Positions 1 to 9,916 of a DNA stretch of 44,109 nt are shown piece by piece. The notes beneath the pieces were generated by a model. The model made no database searches, was not told the origin of the DNA, and saw only the letters and a program-made list of their open reading frames with translations. Location: assembly GCA_020048935.1 (NCBI GenBank), contig JAIFLS010000146.1:1-44109 (forward strand), written 5' to 3'. The number at the start of each line of letters is the position of its first letter. Position 1 is the stretch's first letter. The stretch comes from a bacterium (GTDB lineage: Bacteria; Verrucomicrobiota; Kiritimatiellia; UBA8416). The translations under genes and the position numbers were made by a program.

Positions 1-272
1 GCCCGGGTCAGGAGGCTTGTCGCCATTTGTTCATCCCCGCGGATGGTTCCATTCGAACTGGTGATGCCATGCAGGCAATCGGCCACCACGCGCTGGCGTA
101 CTTCATTCGGTACAACGCCGAGCTTGCGGATGGCTTCCGCAACACGCGTGAGAGTTGCCGGATTCAACTGCTGTAGAATGGTCGCGGCAGAACCCTCGTT
201 CAAACTTGCCAGCAGGATGGCCACTTTCTGCTCTTCGCTTAAATGCGTGTCAAGGGTGATTGCACCGTTCAT
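1..272 (-). CDS. fliG: Flagellar motor switch protein FliG, N-terminal part (runs off the window)
   Basis: Not in the ORF track. Manual translation from ATG 272 gives MNGAITLDTHLSEEQKVAILLASLNEGSAATILQQL..., matching the FliG N-terminal 'QKAAILL' helix; lies directly downstream of fliF. Confidence 0.85.
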   Translation of the reverse strand, partial: MNGAITLDTHLSEEQKVAILLASLNEGSAATILQQLNPATLTRVAEAIRKLGVVPNEVRQRVVADCLHGITSSNGTIRGDEQMATSLLTR

Positions 273-313
273 AACCGTCTCACTTACTGCTTAATAACGA
301 TCTTGGGTCACGG

Positions 314-1891
314 TCAGCTCTTGCCGCGCACGGTGTGGTCAATCCAGGTGGCTACAACCGAAGGGCTTTGCTCGGCGAGGCGGGAAACCACATCGAATTC
401 CGACTGGTTATCATCGATTGCCGATAGATTCCCCGCGCCCAGCGCATGTGTGGATCCGTCAGCCCCTGCCAGCATGGATACCGGGACCCCGACGTTTTCG
501 CGTTCGATGGACAGGTTCCTGAATGTGCGGCGACTGAAGCTTAACAGGATCGCCAGCATCGCGATCCCCGCAAGGGTGCGAAGGGCCGCCGTCGGCGAGA
601 AGGGGAGTTGCATCAACCAGAGCGGCAGTGCTGGTTTTGGTGCCGTATCCGGTACTGGTTGGAATGCCATTTCTATCACCTCGACCGAATCCTGACGTTG
701 ACCGCTGGTAACGGCACCTACCGCGGATCCTACCATCCGCTCAATACTTTTCAACTCCTCTGCGCTGCGCGCGGTTTCCCCTTGGGCGACGGAGACTGAA
801 ACGGAGAGCCGCTCGATACGCCCACCCTGGTCCAGTATGCTTTCCCGTCCTGACGGGACCCGGTATTCGGATTCGACATCTTCACGCTTCTTCTTGCTCG
901 TGGCCTGTTCCATAGTGACGGTTGACTTCGGATCGCCGACCGCCACGCGGGCGGCACCATCCTGAGGCGTGCCGACCGGATCGCTCGAATTTTCCGAACT
1001 GATCGTCTCCTTGAATAGAACTCGCCCTTCGGCATCATAGGTTTCGCTGTGGCGTTCAATGCGACGGAAATCGATATCGGCGCTGACACGCACCATCGCC
1101 TTGCCTGCACCGATCGCAAGGTCCAGCATGTCTTGTGCTTTGCGTGCCAGGCTGTCCTCGACGTTGCGCCGCATGTCCATCTGGCGCTGGCTTGATCCCA
1201 CAATCGGATCCTTGCTGCCGCTGTCGTCGGTGAGCATTCGTCCCATCTGGTCGGTAATCGTGATATGCCCGTCTCCCATGCCGGGGACGGCCGCGCTGAC
1301 AAGCTGGCTGATGCTGCTGATCTGCTCGCCGTTAAGACGTACCCCCCGGTTCAGCGTGAGCATGATGGACGCACTGGCCGCCTTGTCCCGCTCGGAGGCA
1401 AACAGCTTGTCTTTAGGCATCACCAGCATGACACGGGCAGACTGGACACCATTGACAGCCATGATGGTACGTTCCAGCTCGCCTTGCAGCGCCCGCTGGA
1501 AGTTGACTTGCTGCGCAAACTCCGTCAGACCGAACTTGGGTTGCTCGAAGATCTCGAAGCCGGTGGAACTGTCCTTCGGCAACCCGTTGGCGGCGAGCAT
1601 CAAACGGGCTCGGTAGACGTCTGCGGCGGGGACGTAGATGGCCTGGCCATGGGAACGGAGCTGAACGGTGATTTTCGCGTCTTCCAGTTGTTCCTGGGCT
1701 CTGGCGGCATCCTCAAGGCTCATTCCTGTGTAGAGAAGCCGGAAATCCGGCTGGCTCGACCAGTAGAGCGTACCCCCGATGGCAAGTGCCGTGACCATCA
1801 ATGCCAGGATGATACTGACTTTCTGATTGATACCGAAATGTTTCCACAAAATACCGATTTGATGTCCAAGTAAGGATATGCTGCCAGGCAT
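314..1891 (-). CDS. fliF: Flagellar MS-ring protein FliF
   Basis: N-terminal TM helix, GFEIFEQPKFGLTEF and RALQGELERTI motifs, ASASIML, second TM near the C-terminus. Confidence 0.96.
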   Translation of the reverse strand: MPGSISLLGHQIGILWKHFGINQKVSIILALMVTALAIGGTLYWSSQPDFRLLYTGMSLEDAARAQEQLEDAKITVQLRSHGQAIYVPAADVYRARLMLAANGLPKDSSTGFEIFEQPKFGLTEFAQQVNFQRALQGELERTIMAVNGVQSARVMLVMPKDKLFASERDKAASASIMLTLNRGVRLNGEQISSISQLVSAAVPGMGDGHITITDQMGRMLTDDSGSKDPIVGSSQRQMDMRRNVEDSLARKAQDMLDLAIGAGKAMVRVSADIDFRRIERHSETYDAEGRVLFKETISSENSSDPVGTPQDGAARVAVGDPKSTVTMEQATSKKKREDVESEYRVPSGRESILDQGGRIERLSVSVSVAQGETARSAEELKSIERMVGSAVGAVTSGQRQDSVEVIEMAFQPVPDTAPKPALPLWLMQLPFSPTAALRTLAGIAMLAILLSFSRRTFRNLSIERENVGVPVSMLAGADGSTHALGAGNLSAIDDNQSEFDVVSRLAEQSPSVVATWIDHTVRGKS

Positions 1892-1921
1892 GGTTGAATC
1901 CCTTTCTTCGGTTAGCTACGA

Positions 1922-2242
1922 TCAGGCCTGCATACGAGCAATCTGCTGGTAAGCGTCGAGCAGTTTGTTGCGAACTTCCATCATCAGGTCAAACGCGATT
2001 CCCGCCTCTGTCATTCGCGTCGTGACGTCATGTATGTTGGTGGTTTCGCCGGTGATCAGGCCTTCGATCGAACGATCGGCATCCTGCTGCAAGCCGTTGA
2101 CCTCGCGTACGAGGTCGCCGAGCACGGATTGAAACGAGGGGGCTCCCCCCTTTTCGGGTTTCGAACTGCTGCCAGACTCTGGCCGCATCGGGTCCGTTGA
2201 TTCCAGACCGTTAATGGGACGATAAGCATCAATAGGTGTCAT
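1922..2242 (-). CDS. fliE: Hook-basal body protein FliE
   Basis: C-terminal EVRNKLLDAYQQIARMQ; located between flgC and fliF. Confidence 0.95.
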   Translation of the reverse strand: MTPIDAYRPINGLESTDPMRPESGSSSKPEKGGAPSFQSVLGDLVREVNGLQQDADRSIEGLITGETTNIHDVTTRMTEAGIAFDLMMEVRNKLLDAYQQIARMQA

Positions 2243-2679
2243 TTGCCGATCTCCAGTGCTTTGAGTGCCATTGTTTTTGCTGATTTGATGGCGGCAACAT
2301 TTGCCTCGTAAGCACGAGTCGCGACCATCATGTCAACCATTTCTTCCATCGGATTCACATTCGGGAGGGTCACGTAGCCTTCGGGGTCCGCATCCGGGTG
2401 GCCGGGGCGGTAGGCGCGTTGCAGTGAGCTCTGGTCAACGACCGTGCGATCAATCCGGACTCCGTTGGCTGCTTCATTCTGCGGCCCGCGCCGACCGCCG
2501 AGCGTACGGTTTAATTGTTCGGCAAAGACCACATCACGCCGACGATACACATTGCCGTTGACATCCTTGGTGGTGTCGGCATTTGCCAGATTGCCTGCGA
2601 TAACACGCATCCGGTACGATTGCGCGTCCATGGCGCTTGCCGAGATACCGAGTGTCGGGAATATGCTTTGATCACTCAT
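2239..2679 (-). CDS. flgC: Basal-body rod protein FlgC
   Basis: ISASAMDAQ, NLANADT, YRRRDVVF, PGHPDAD, PNVNPMEEMVDM, RAYEAN. Confidence 0.97.
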   Translation of the reverse strand: MSDQSIFPTLGISASAMDAQSYRMRVIAGNLANADTTKDVNGNVYRRRDVVFAEQLNRTLGGRRGPQNEAANGVRIDRTVVDQSSLQRAYRPGHPDADPEGYVTLPNVNPMEEMVDMMVATRAYEANVAAIKSAKTMALKALEIGK

Positions 2680-2700
2680 AAGAATCGTCTCTTAAGCCGT

Positions 2701-3030
2701 TTAGTTACCTTTTATTGCACGTTGGAGTCTTGCGTATTTGCGCGATAAAAGGTCGGCGGATGTCACATAAAGCAACTGGTTTTCAGACATCGCGGCAAAT
2801 TCACGTTCCAAGCTGACCGGGGAGGCGGAGGAGTCCTTCTTTATGGTAGGGTTGAATTGCCCGGCCTCGGGGGTGCGCTTTTGGACGGCAGACTTAAGCT
2901 CGTTGATAAAACTGACGTCACGGCGCTGGTAGCCCGGTGTGTTTACGTTCGCGATGTTGCTGGCCAGTGCCTGGCCTCGCAGTGCTGTCGCGTCTAGGAT
3001 ACGGTTCAGAAGTAATGTCACATCGTTCAT
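2701..3030 (-). CDS. flgB: Basal-body rod protein FlgB
   Basis: ASNIANVNTPGYQRRDVSF and ENQLLY. Start moved to ATG 3030 because the upstream ORF extension runs through the promoter and the inverted repeat. Confidence 0.93.
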   Translation of the reverse strand: MNDVTLLLNRILDATALRGQALASNIANVNTPGYQRRDVSFINELKSAVQKRTPEAGQFNPTIKKDSSASPVSLEREFAAMSENQLLYVTSADLLSRKYARLQRAIKGN

Positions 3031-3043
3031 GCTTGCCAGTATA

Positions 3044-3059
3044 AGCACCCTGCGTGCCA
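3044..3059 (-). promoter_or_regulatory. sigma54 -24/-12 promoter of flgB operon
   Basis: TGGCACGCAGGGTGCT on - strand (GG-N10-GC), 13 nt before the flgB ATG. Confidence 0.8.
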
Positions 3060-3115
3060 TAGGCAAGCCCCCGGGGGGGCCAGATGATGCGGGGTGAAAC
3101 TTGGAGAGTGGGAGA

Positions 3116-3201
3116 TCGGTGAACGAGAACGGCGACGAGAACGGTGAACGATTTATTTTGCCGACTCGTAATCCGTTCTCGTCGCCGTTCTCGTTCACCG
3201 A
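3116..3201. repeat. Perfect 29-bp inverted repeat with 28-bp spacer
   Basis: TCGGTGAACGAGAACGGCGACGAGAACGG (3116-3144) is the exact reverse complement of 3173-3201. Confidence 0.9.
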
Positions 3202-3223
3202 AAAGTGAGACAACATGACCAAG

Positions 3224-4708
3224 TTACAGGCCAGCCGGCAGGGAGCCTTCCTCGCGGTAGCGATTGAGCTTGTTTCGCAGCGTGCGGATGCTCACACCGA
3301 GCAGATCGGCCGCCTGGTTGCGCTGCCCATCGGTTTTTTCCATGGCGCGCAGGATGGCATGCCGTTCCAGCTCATCCAGGCATAGCGTCGTGTTGGCCGG
3401 GGAGGGGACCGTGCTGTCCGGGGGACATTCGCTCGCTGCCTTGCCTTCGGCTGGAGGAGAATGGGGATCGCTCTGCCTGGCCGGTTCCTGGGTGGCCGAG
3501 TCCACCGGTGTGCAGATGCTGCCGTGCACTTCGGGCGGTAGCATTGCTGGCGTCAGTTCCGGCCCCTTTTCCATGACGCAGAGACGCTCAATCAGGTGCT
3601 CGAGTTCGCGTACGTTGCCAGGCCACATGTATCGGTACAGTATGTCGAGTGTATCCTGGCGGAACCGCAAGCCATCGGTTTTTCCAGTCAGGTTTCGAAG
3701 ATGCCGTTTGAGAAAGTTGTCTGCCAGCATCGGGATGTCCTCTGGTCTTTCGCGCAAGGGCGGCACATGGATGGGGACGACATTGAGCCGGTAGTATAGA
3801 TCCTGCCGGAAGCCGCCCTCGCGTACATAGCTTTGCAAATCGCGGTTCGTGGTGGCAATGATCCGACATTCCGCGCGCAGCGTTCGGCTTCCGCCAACAC
3901 GTTCGAATTCACGCTCCTGAATTACGCGCAGCAGCTTCGCCTGCAGACCGAGTGGCATCTCGCTGATCTCGTCCAGCAGCAACGTCCCGTTGCCCGCGAG
4001 CTCGAAGCGTCCTGCCCGCCGGTTGATCGCCCCGGTGAAGGCTCCCTTCTCATGCCCGAATAGTTCACTATCGGCCAGCGATTCCGGTACGGCTGCGCAG
4101 TTCATGCGCACAAAGGGACGTTTGCGGTATTCCCCGAGTCCGTGGATGGCCTGGGCCACTAATTCCTTACCCGTGCCGCTTTCGCCTGATATCAGTACCG
4201 TCGAGGAAGAGGCGGCGACGCGTTCAATCTGCTCGATCAGCTTTTGCATGGCGACGGCTTGGCCGAGCAAGCGTTTCCCCTTTGGCATCGACCAACCGAG
4301 CTCTTCCTTGAGATAGTCGTTTTGCGCACTGAGCCGCACCCAATCCTTTGCCCGGTTCAGGACGACCTCCACCTGTTCCGGTGAGAAGGGTTTCATGAGG
4401 AAGTCGACCGCTCCCAGTTTCATCGCTTCCACGGCTTGCTCCACGGTCCCAAAGGCGGTGACCATGACCGTCAGGGTCTCGATGCCCGCCTCCTGCTTCC
4501 AGCGCAGCAGGTCCATGCCGCTGAGAACCGGCATTTTGATGTCGACGAAGGCCATGTCGAAGTCGCGTTCTTCCATCAGTTTCTGTGCCTGTGCCCCATT
4601 ACCGGCCTGCACCACTTCAATTCCGGCTCTTGTGAGTGTTTCCACGACGAATTCACGCATCAGTATATCGTCATCGACCACAAGCACGGTTTCAATGCTG
4701 GAGATCAT
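3224..4708 (-). CDS. sigma54-dependent response regulator (REC-AAA+-HTH), FleR/FlrC-like
   Basis: REC (VVDDD, DIKMP, KPF), GESGTGKE, GAFTGA, LLLDEI, WPGNVREL, C-terminal LGVSIRTLRNKL (FlrC/FleR-type HTH). Confidence 0.93.
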   Translation of the reverse strand: MISSIETVLVVDDDILMREFVVETLTRAGIEVVQAGNGAQAQKLMEERDFDMAFVDIKMPVLSGMDLLRWKQEAGIETLTVMVTAFGTVEQAVEAMKLGAVDFLMKPFSPEQVEVVLNRAKDWVRLSAQNDYLKEELGWSMPKGKRLLGQAVAMQKLIEQIERVAASSSTVLISGESGTGKELVAQAIHGLGEYRKRPFVRMNCAAVPESLADSELFGHEKGAFTGAINRRAGRFELAGNGTLLLDEISEMPLGLQAKLLRVIQEREFERVGGSRTLRAECRIIATTNRDLQSYVREGGFRQDLYYRLNVVPIHVPPLRERPEDIPMLADNFLKRHLRNLTGKTDGLRFRQDTLDILYRYMWPGNVRELEHLIERLCVMEKGPELTPAMLPPEVHGSICTPVDSATQEPARQSDPHSPPAEGKAASECPPDSTVPSPANTTLCLDELERHAILRAMEKTDGQRNQAADLLGVSIRTLRNKLNRYREEGSLPAGL

Positions 4709-5982
4709 GCTTCCACTCCTGTTTTGGGTAATTCAACGCTAAAAAGACTGCCTTTCCCGGGTTCGCTGGTGATGTTGATCTCACCACCGTGGATATCGAT
4801 GATCTTGCGGGTGAGCGATAGGCCCAGACCGGTACCGCCTTCCTTCGATGTAAAGAAGGGATCAAACACTTTGGACGCATGCAAGGCGTCCATTCCGCAC
4901 CCGTTGTCGCGCACATGCAGGGTGACCGTGTTGTGACTATCGGTGGCCGATATATGGACGGTGCCGGAGGCGGTGCAGGCCTCAATGGCGTTGATTCCCA
5001 GATTCAGCAGTGCCTGGGTTATCTGGCGGTAATCGCCACGGAATTGTATGTCTGGCTCGGGAGGTTCGATGATGATGCAAACGTGGGTTCTTGTGGCCCG
5101 GTCTACCAGTGTTTCCCGGCAGGATTCGAATACCGCCGCGACGGATGCCTGCGATATCTGCAGCCGCATCGGGCGTGCATAGGTCATTAGGTTGGTGATG
5201 ACATAATTCAGGTTCTGGGCTCCCTCGACGATCCGTTCCGCCAGTCGCAATGGGCCAGGCATGGTTTCCAGATCCCGTCGCAGTAGCCGTGCAAACCCTT
5301 CGATCGTGCCCAAAGGATTGCGAATCTCGTGAGCCACGCTGGCTGCCATCTCGCCCAGGGCGGCAAGCCTTTCCTGGCTTTGAAGGCGTTTTTCCATGCG
5401 GCGGAATTCGGTTACATCACGCAGGTTGCATATCGCACCCAGAATCTTGCCGTCGGGGGCGGTTACCGGGGCAAGGCTCAGCAGGATTCGGCGTGTTTCG
5501 CCCTGCCCATGGCTCGTGGTCCAGGGATGGTCAAGTAATGGCGTGCCGCCTTGGAGTACGCGCTCCAGGTGTGACTCGGACTCCGGCGCCTGCACGATAT
5601 GCGGGAAACAGGCATCCTCGATTTCCGGACGGTTTACTTGCAGCATTCGGCATGCGGCCGAATTACACCGTTCAATGCGTCCGCCCTGGCCGACGACCAA
5701 CAACCCATCGGTAAGGCTTTCAACCACACTTTCCAGCCGGCTGGAGACCTGCCGAAGCGCTTGGTTCGTGATCGTCAACTCGCTGTTACGCTCCTGCAGG
5801 GTCTTGTTGGAGCTGGCAAGGTCAGCTTCAAGCGACCGGTAAGCCTTCTCCAACTGGCGGCTTTGGCGCTCGAATATTTCAAATGCCGACTGCACGGCCG
5901 CCAAGGTACTGTCGTTTTGATTGGCGACCGGAACCGCCGCAGAAGGGGCTAGCATAGGGATGGGAAGGTGAGGGGCCTGCAT
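4705..5982 (-). CDS. Cytoplasmic PAS sensor histidine kinase, FleS/FlrB/FlgS-like
   Basis: N-terminal coiled coil, PAS, ERLAALGEMAASVAHEIRNPLG H-box, N/G1/F/G2 boxes; no TM segment; overlaps the activator gene by 4 bp. Confidence 0.92.
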   Translation of the reverse strand: MQAPHLPIPMLAPSAAVPVANQNDSTLAAVQSAFEIFERQSRQLEKAYRSLEADLASSNKTLQERNSELTITNQALRQVSSRLESVVESLTDGLLVVGQGGRIERCNSAACRMLQVNRPEIEDACFPHIVQAPESESHLERVLQGGTPLLDHPWTTSHGQGETRRILLSLAPVTAPDGKILGAICNLRDVTEFRRMEKRLQSQERLAALGEMAASVAHEIRNPLGTIEGFARLLRRDLETMPGPLRLAERIVEGAQNLNYVITNLMTYARPMRLQISQASVAAVFESCRETLVDRATRTHVCIIIEPPEPDIQFRGDYRQITQALLNLGINAIEACTASGTVHISATDSHNTVTLHVRDNGCGMDALHASKVFDPFFTSKEGGTGLGLSLTRKIIDIHGGEINITSEPGKGSLFSVELPKTGVEA

Positions 5983-5984
5983 GA

Positions 5985-6308
5985 TTAATGCTCCTGGGGT
6001 ACCGGGGTGTCATCGCCGCCGGCACTGATCCGATATTCACGTTCCTGCAACATCAGTTCTTCCATCGTCACTCCCAGTTCCTGTAGGGCGCAAAGGGTTG
6101 CCGCATTCAGCGGGATCCCGCCGGTGCTTTCGGCCACCTGCCGTAAATGACCAGTTAGCGCATCGGCGTATTGCTCGGCCTGGCGCAATAACGTCGTACG
6201 ATTGCTGTTATCGGCAAGCACGCGGAGCTGCATGTAGATGTCGCGAATGGCTGCTGCCTGTGTCTTTGCATTTCTGATTTCAGTCATTAGTTCCATGCTG
6301 GGTTCCAA
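5985..6308 (-). CDS. Small helical hypothetical protein
   Basis: Abuts both neighbours (0-2 bp gaps); amphipathic helical sequence. Confidence 0.65.
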   Translation of the reverse strand: MEPSMELMTEIRNAKTQAAAIRDIYMQLRVLADNSNRTTLLRQAEQYADALTGHLRQVAESTGGIPLNAATLCALQELGVTMEELMLQEREYRISAGGDDTPVPQEH

Positions 6309-8540
6309 TCATAAGGCGGCTGCCCTTGCCCGCAACGAAAGCCGATCTGTCTTTTGGATCCAGTCGCGAAGGGCATCGGCAGAAAGGAGTGTGTCGCCAG
6401 CCGGTGCCTGCTTCTCGGATATGGCTTGCCGATCCATCCACGCCATGACGGTTGCCGCCGGTTCCTTCGCGATCAGTCGCGTAAGCGTCTGTATCCGATA
6501 TTGTTCCAGTGGCAATTGCGCTCGCCAATACGAATCATTTTCCATTTGCGAAAGCAGTTGGTCGATACGCTCGTAGGCCTCGCTCTGTAGCAACTGGTCC
6601 ATTGCGGCATCAGCCGTGGCCAGCATCAGTGCTTTCGGCGGTTTGGCGGGCGCTGGGCGAGGGTGTTCTGTCGGTTGTGTCGTCAGTGCCGTTAAATCGG
6701 GAACCAGAATTTCAAATAGAGTTGACAGCAAGGCGTCGCCAGAAGGCCCGCAGGTTTGCCGCCAGCGCCTGATAGCTTCCTTGTGCTGGCCTTGCCGCAT
6801 GGCAATCGCAGCCCATAACGGTGTCGATTCAGGCCAGATGCCGGCCCACTCGGAATGGGTGTTCAGCGTCCGTAGTATCTGATCGGCATCGCGGTCGCGC
6901 TCTATGCTTAACAGCACGCGCGCTTGTCCCAGCATGGCTTGAGCCATGGTCGGGCTCTTGTCGCCCGTTTCTTGTGTATGTAAGCTTCCCAGCAGGATTG
7001 CATGTCTGTAGTACGTTTCGGCGGCGGCAGGCAGCGAGAGTTCCTCAAGCCGTTGGGCGGTGATCAGAAGGCCCTCGGGACAGCGTTCATCCTGCGGGAA
7101 TCGCATCGTGGCGTCGATCGCGCTTCCCACCAGGCCGGCGGTGGCCTTCGGATCCTTGGCCAGCGCTTTTAAAAGGCTGTGGCGGGCATGGGTGTCCAAT
7201 TGTTTGTCCGTGTTTAGCGATATCAGTTTGTAGAGATACCGGACCTGTGCATCGTGATTACCGCGTCTGGCGGCCAGATCAGCTTGCACTTCAAATTCCC
7301 TGGCTGGATTCGTCGCCGTGCTGGCTTGCGCCTGCGCCGCTGCCAGATAGCGTTCTGTTCGATCCAGTTCATCACGTCCTATTGCCGTTCTTGCGGCACG
7401 AACCAGGATGTTGTAGGTCTCTGCTTGTCCAGGCTTCAGCATGTCTAACTGTTGATCAAGCGTTGAAAGGAGTTGGCCTACCCGCGCTGTATCGGTTGTG
7501 GCTGAGATTTCATGGTCCAGATCGATCAGTGCTGTTTCCTGTAGATGCGAGTCGGCGAGCATCATCAATCGGGCGGCGGCGGCATCTTCGATGGATCGCT
7601 CCTGCCGCAGCAAGGCAAGCAGACGCTGCGCGGCCTGCCGTCGGCCGGGGGCAGAGGTGTTGTAGGCCGCTCGCTGAAGTGCGGGAATGGCCTGATTCAT
7701 GTTCTTGCTCCTGAAGGCGATTTGGGCTATGATGACCAGTGATTCCTGTTTGATCTGCGAGTTGTTGCTTTGCGCCAATGCGTTGGCGTTCTCGGTCAGT
7801 TGCTGCCGGATCTTCTCCAGTTTCTCACTGGGCGTTGCCCCTTCGAAATGCGAGCTAAGCGCATTGAACCATTTTGTGTTTGTGTATATCCGCCAAAGCA
7901 CTCTGGTCTCGCAGTGCAATGCCTTGATTTGCTGTTCCCCGATCGCGGAAAATGCCTTGAGCGCATCAAGGCTTGCATAGGCCGGGGCGGCGTACCCCAA
8001 GTCAAAGAAGACCTGGAATTCGAGCAGGTTCAAGTCGAAGGGCATTTTGCCCTGGTCGCGAACCCTCGCGAGAATGCGATTCGCATGCTGTAGGGCTTGA
8101 TGGTCGCGCAGTTTGCTGGCCAGTTGTAGGAAAACCGTTGCCGTGTCGACCGCGCTGCAACCATCGATATCCTGTTTTGCAAGCACCGTCGCGTAATTGG
8201 CTGCCATGCGATGACGCTGCCAGGCGGGGCGCCAGTTGTCTTCTTTTAGCAGGAATTTCGTCATGGCCATAATGGCGGTGTTCTTCTGTTTGGGCGTTTC
8301 TGCAATCTCAATGGCATCACTGAAGAAGATGAATGCCATGAGCGGATCCTTCGCCTTGTCGCGTTCCTCTGCCCACCGCAGCATCAGAATGTCGGCGGGA
8401 GGCAGCTCTTGGCTGATAAAATGATGGACCATCAATCCGGTCATCGTGGCGGTGAACGCCAGTCCGATGCCCATCAGGGCCATTGTAAGAAACAGTGCTG
8501 AGCCTTGCCTTGCGCGAGAATGCCTATTGTGTGCGGTCAT
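6309..8540 (-). CDS. Membrane-anchored TPR-like alpha-helical repeat protein
   Basis: N-terminal hydrophobic anchor (ALFLTMALMGIGLAFTATMTGLMV), Ala/Leu-rich helices with TPR-like patterns (AAAETYYRHAI, AMLGQARVLL, QGQHKEAIRRW). Confidence 0.7.
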   Translation of the reverse strand: MTAHNRHSRARQGSALFLTMALMGIGLAFTATMTGLMVHHFISQELPPADILMLRWAEERDKAKDPLMAFIFFSDAIEIAETPKQKNTAIMAMTKFLLKEDNWRPAWQRHRMAANYATVLAKQDIDGCSAVDTATVFLQLASKLRDHQALQHANRILARVRDQGKMPFDLNLLEFQVFFDLGYAAPAYASLDALKAFSAIGEQQIKALHCETRVLWRIYTNTKWFNALSSHFEGATPSEKLEKIRQQLTENANALAQSNNSQIKQESLVIIAQIAFRSKNMNQAIPALQRAAYNTSAPGRRQAAQRLLALLRQERSIEDAAAARLMMLADSHLQETALIDLDHEISATTDTARVGQLLSTLDQQLDMLKPGQAETYNILVRAARTAIGRDELDRTERYLAAAQAQASTATNPAREFEVQADLAARRGNHDAQVRYLYKLISLNTDKQLDTHARHSLLKALAKDPKATAGLVGSAIDATMRFPQDERCPEGLLITAQRLEELSLPAAAETYYRHAILLGSLHTQETGDKSPTMAQAMLGQARVLLSIERDRDADQILRTLNTHSEWAGIWPESTPLWAAIAMRQGQHKEAIRRWRQTCGPSGDALLSTLFEILVPDLTALTTQPTEHPRPAPAKPPKALMLATADAAMDQLLQSEAYERIDQLLSQMENDSYWRAQLPLEQYRIQTLTRLIAKEPAATVMAWMDRQAISEKQAPAGDTLLSADALRDWIQKTDRLSLRARAAAL

Positions 8541-9336
8541 GCAAATCCATTCCTTCCCGTCGGCTGGATACCTGAATGACGCTTAAAAGCTGCGATCGCT
8601 CGGCATTACCTGTCAGGCGCTGACTTTGAATGCGTAGCGTGTCCGGGCTGTCGATAATATCGACAAATGTGCCTGCGCCTGCTTCGAAATGTCTCCTGAT
8701 CGCCGGCGTCTGCGCCAGGATGCATAGTCGGCCGCCTTGCGCCGAGAGCCATCCTGCCCATGCGCACAGGCTGCGCATGGCGGTCATGTCGGCCTGCGTT
8801 GCGGGGGTCGTTTCAAGCGCAATCCATTTCTCATCGCGGGCGGCACGCAGCAAGCGGGCGGCGTTGCGGGCCGTCAGCGTCCCGCGAAGACGGACGCGAC
8901 GGAAGCGGCCGATTCGCCGCGCGTTGCCGCTGCCAGTTGCCGGCGTATGGGCGGCTGCCTTGAAAAGCATCTTCAGGGTACTTTGCAATTGCTCGGCCTG
9001 TACCGGTTTCTGAATAACGCTGCTGATTGCCAGCGCTTGCCGACATTCCTCGGAGACGCATTCGGTCTCTGCCGTCATACATACGACAGGGGTTTGATAG
9101 CCATTGCTGCGCATCTTCGCGATTACGTCGGTACCATAGCCATCGGGAAGACGATAATCCATCAGTACCATTTGCGGCCCGAGACGTTCCCAGCTCGCTT
9201 CGGCCTCGCTGGCGCTTTCTGCAACATTAATGCTGCATGCCCCAGGAAGCCGTTCCAGGGTTCTGCGCAAGGTGGCGGCCAGCAGCGGGTCGTCCTCCAC
9301 CAGCAGGATGACGATACCGAACGCATCAGAAGTCAT
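8524..9336 (-). CDS. Response regulator: receiver domain fused to a STAS-like domain
   Basis: LLVEDD, LMDYRLPDGYG, MTA, KP in the receiver; C-terminus RVRLRGTL...IALE...DMTAMRSL...QGGRLCI follows the STAS pattern. Confidence 0.75.
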   Translation of the reverse strand: MTSDAFGIVILLVEDDPLLAATLRRTLERLPGACSINVAESASEAEASWERLGPQMVLMDYRLPDGYGTDVIAKMRSNGYQTPVVCMTAETECVSEECRQALAISSVIQKPVQAEQLQSTLKMLFKAAAHTPATGSGNARRIGRFRRVRLRGTLTARNAARLLRAARDEKWIALETTPATQADMTAMRSLCAWAGWLSAQGGRLCILAQTPAIRRHFEAGAGTFVDIIDSPDTLRIQSQRLTGNAERSQLLSVIQVSSRREGMDLHDRTQ

Positions 9337-9865
9337 AACTGGCTCCTTCTGTGTAGCGTGGTATGATCAGCACGGTTCCGGCGGCCAGTACGGCAGAGGG
9401 GCTTATGCCGTTGACTTGCTGTATCCATTTGGCCAGGTCCTTGTTGCCGTAGACCATCGGGTTGGCGGCAATGCTCTCGAGGGTGTCGCCAGTCTGGACC
9501 TCGTAATATTCGAATGCTCCACTGCGCAAAAGACTCAATAAATGGTCTTTTTTGTTGATTTCCCTCCGACTTTCCTCCAGTTGCTTGCCGAGGCTCTCGA
9601 TCTGCGCATTCTGTTCATCAAGTCGGGTGTTCAAGAGAGTAACTTCATCCTGGGTTTGGCTTAACTGTGCGGTTGTGGCCTGTAGCTGCACGTTCAGGTG
9701 CGTGACCTCGTCAAGCAGGGCTTGCGCTTGAAGGGCACGCCGCTCCAGTGCGTTAAGACTGCTGGTGTCTGACGCATTGGCCGAGGCCCAGAGTACGACG
9801 GCGAGACTCAGGATTGCAACGCTGGGTACGATCCATTGACGGCTACGTTTTCCGGTTCCATTCAT
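9326..9865 (-). CDS. Exported coiled-coil protein with C-terminal LysM domain
   Basis: Hydrophobic N-terminus, coiled coil, YEVQTGDTLESIA...IQQVNGI...GTVLIIP LysM. Start set at ATG 9865 (AAGGAA upstream). Confidence 0.85.
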   Translation of the reverse strand: MNGTGKRSRQWIVPSVAILSLAVVLWASANASDTSSLNALERRALQAQALLDEVTHLNVQLQATTAQLSQTQDEVTLLNTRLDEQNAQIESLGKQLEESRREINKKDHLLSLLRSGAFEYYEVQTGDTLESIAANPMVYGNKDLAKWIQQVNGISPSAVLAAGTVLIIPRYTEGASYDF

Positions 9866-9916
9866 ATCGATATTCCTTGCGATGTCGAGCGGAGTCAATC
9901 ATGGTCTCGATATGCT

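Noticed and set aside
3116-3201. Possible CRISPR-like repeat
   Set aside because: Only two arms, inverted, with no spacer array and no cas genes.
3031-3222. N-terminal extension of FlgB in the ORF track
   Set aside because: It runs through the sigma54 promoter and the inverted repeat; FlgB similarity starts at ATG 3030.
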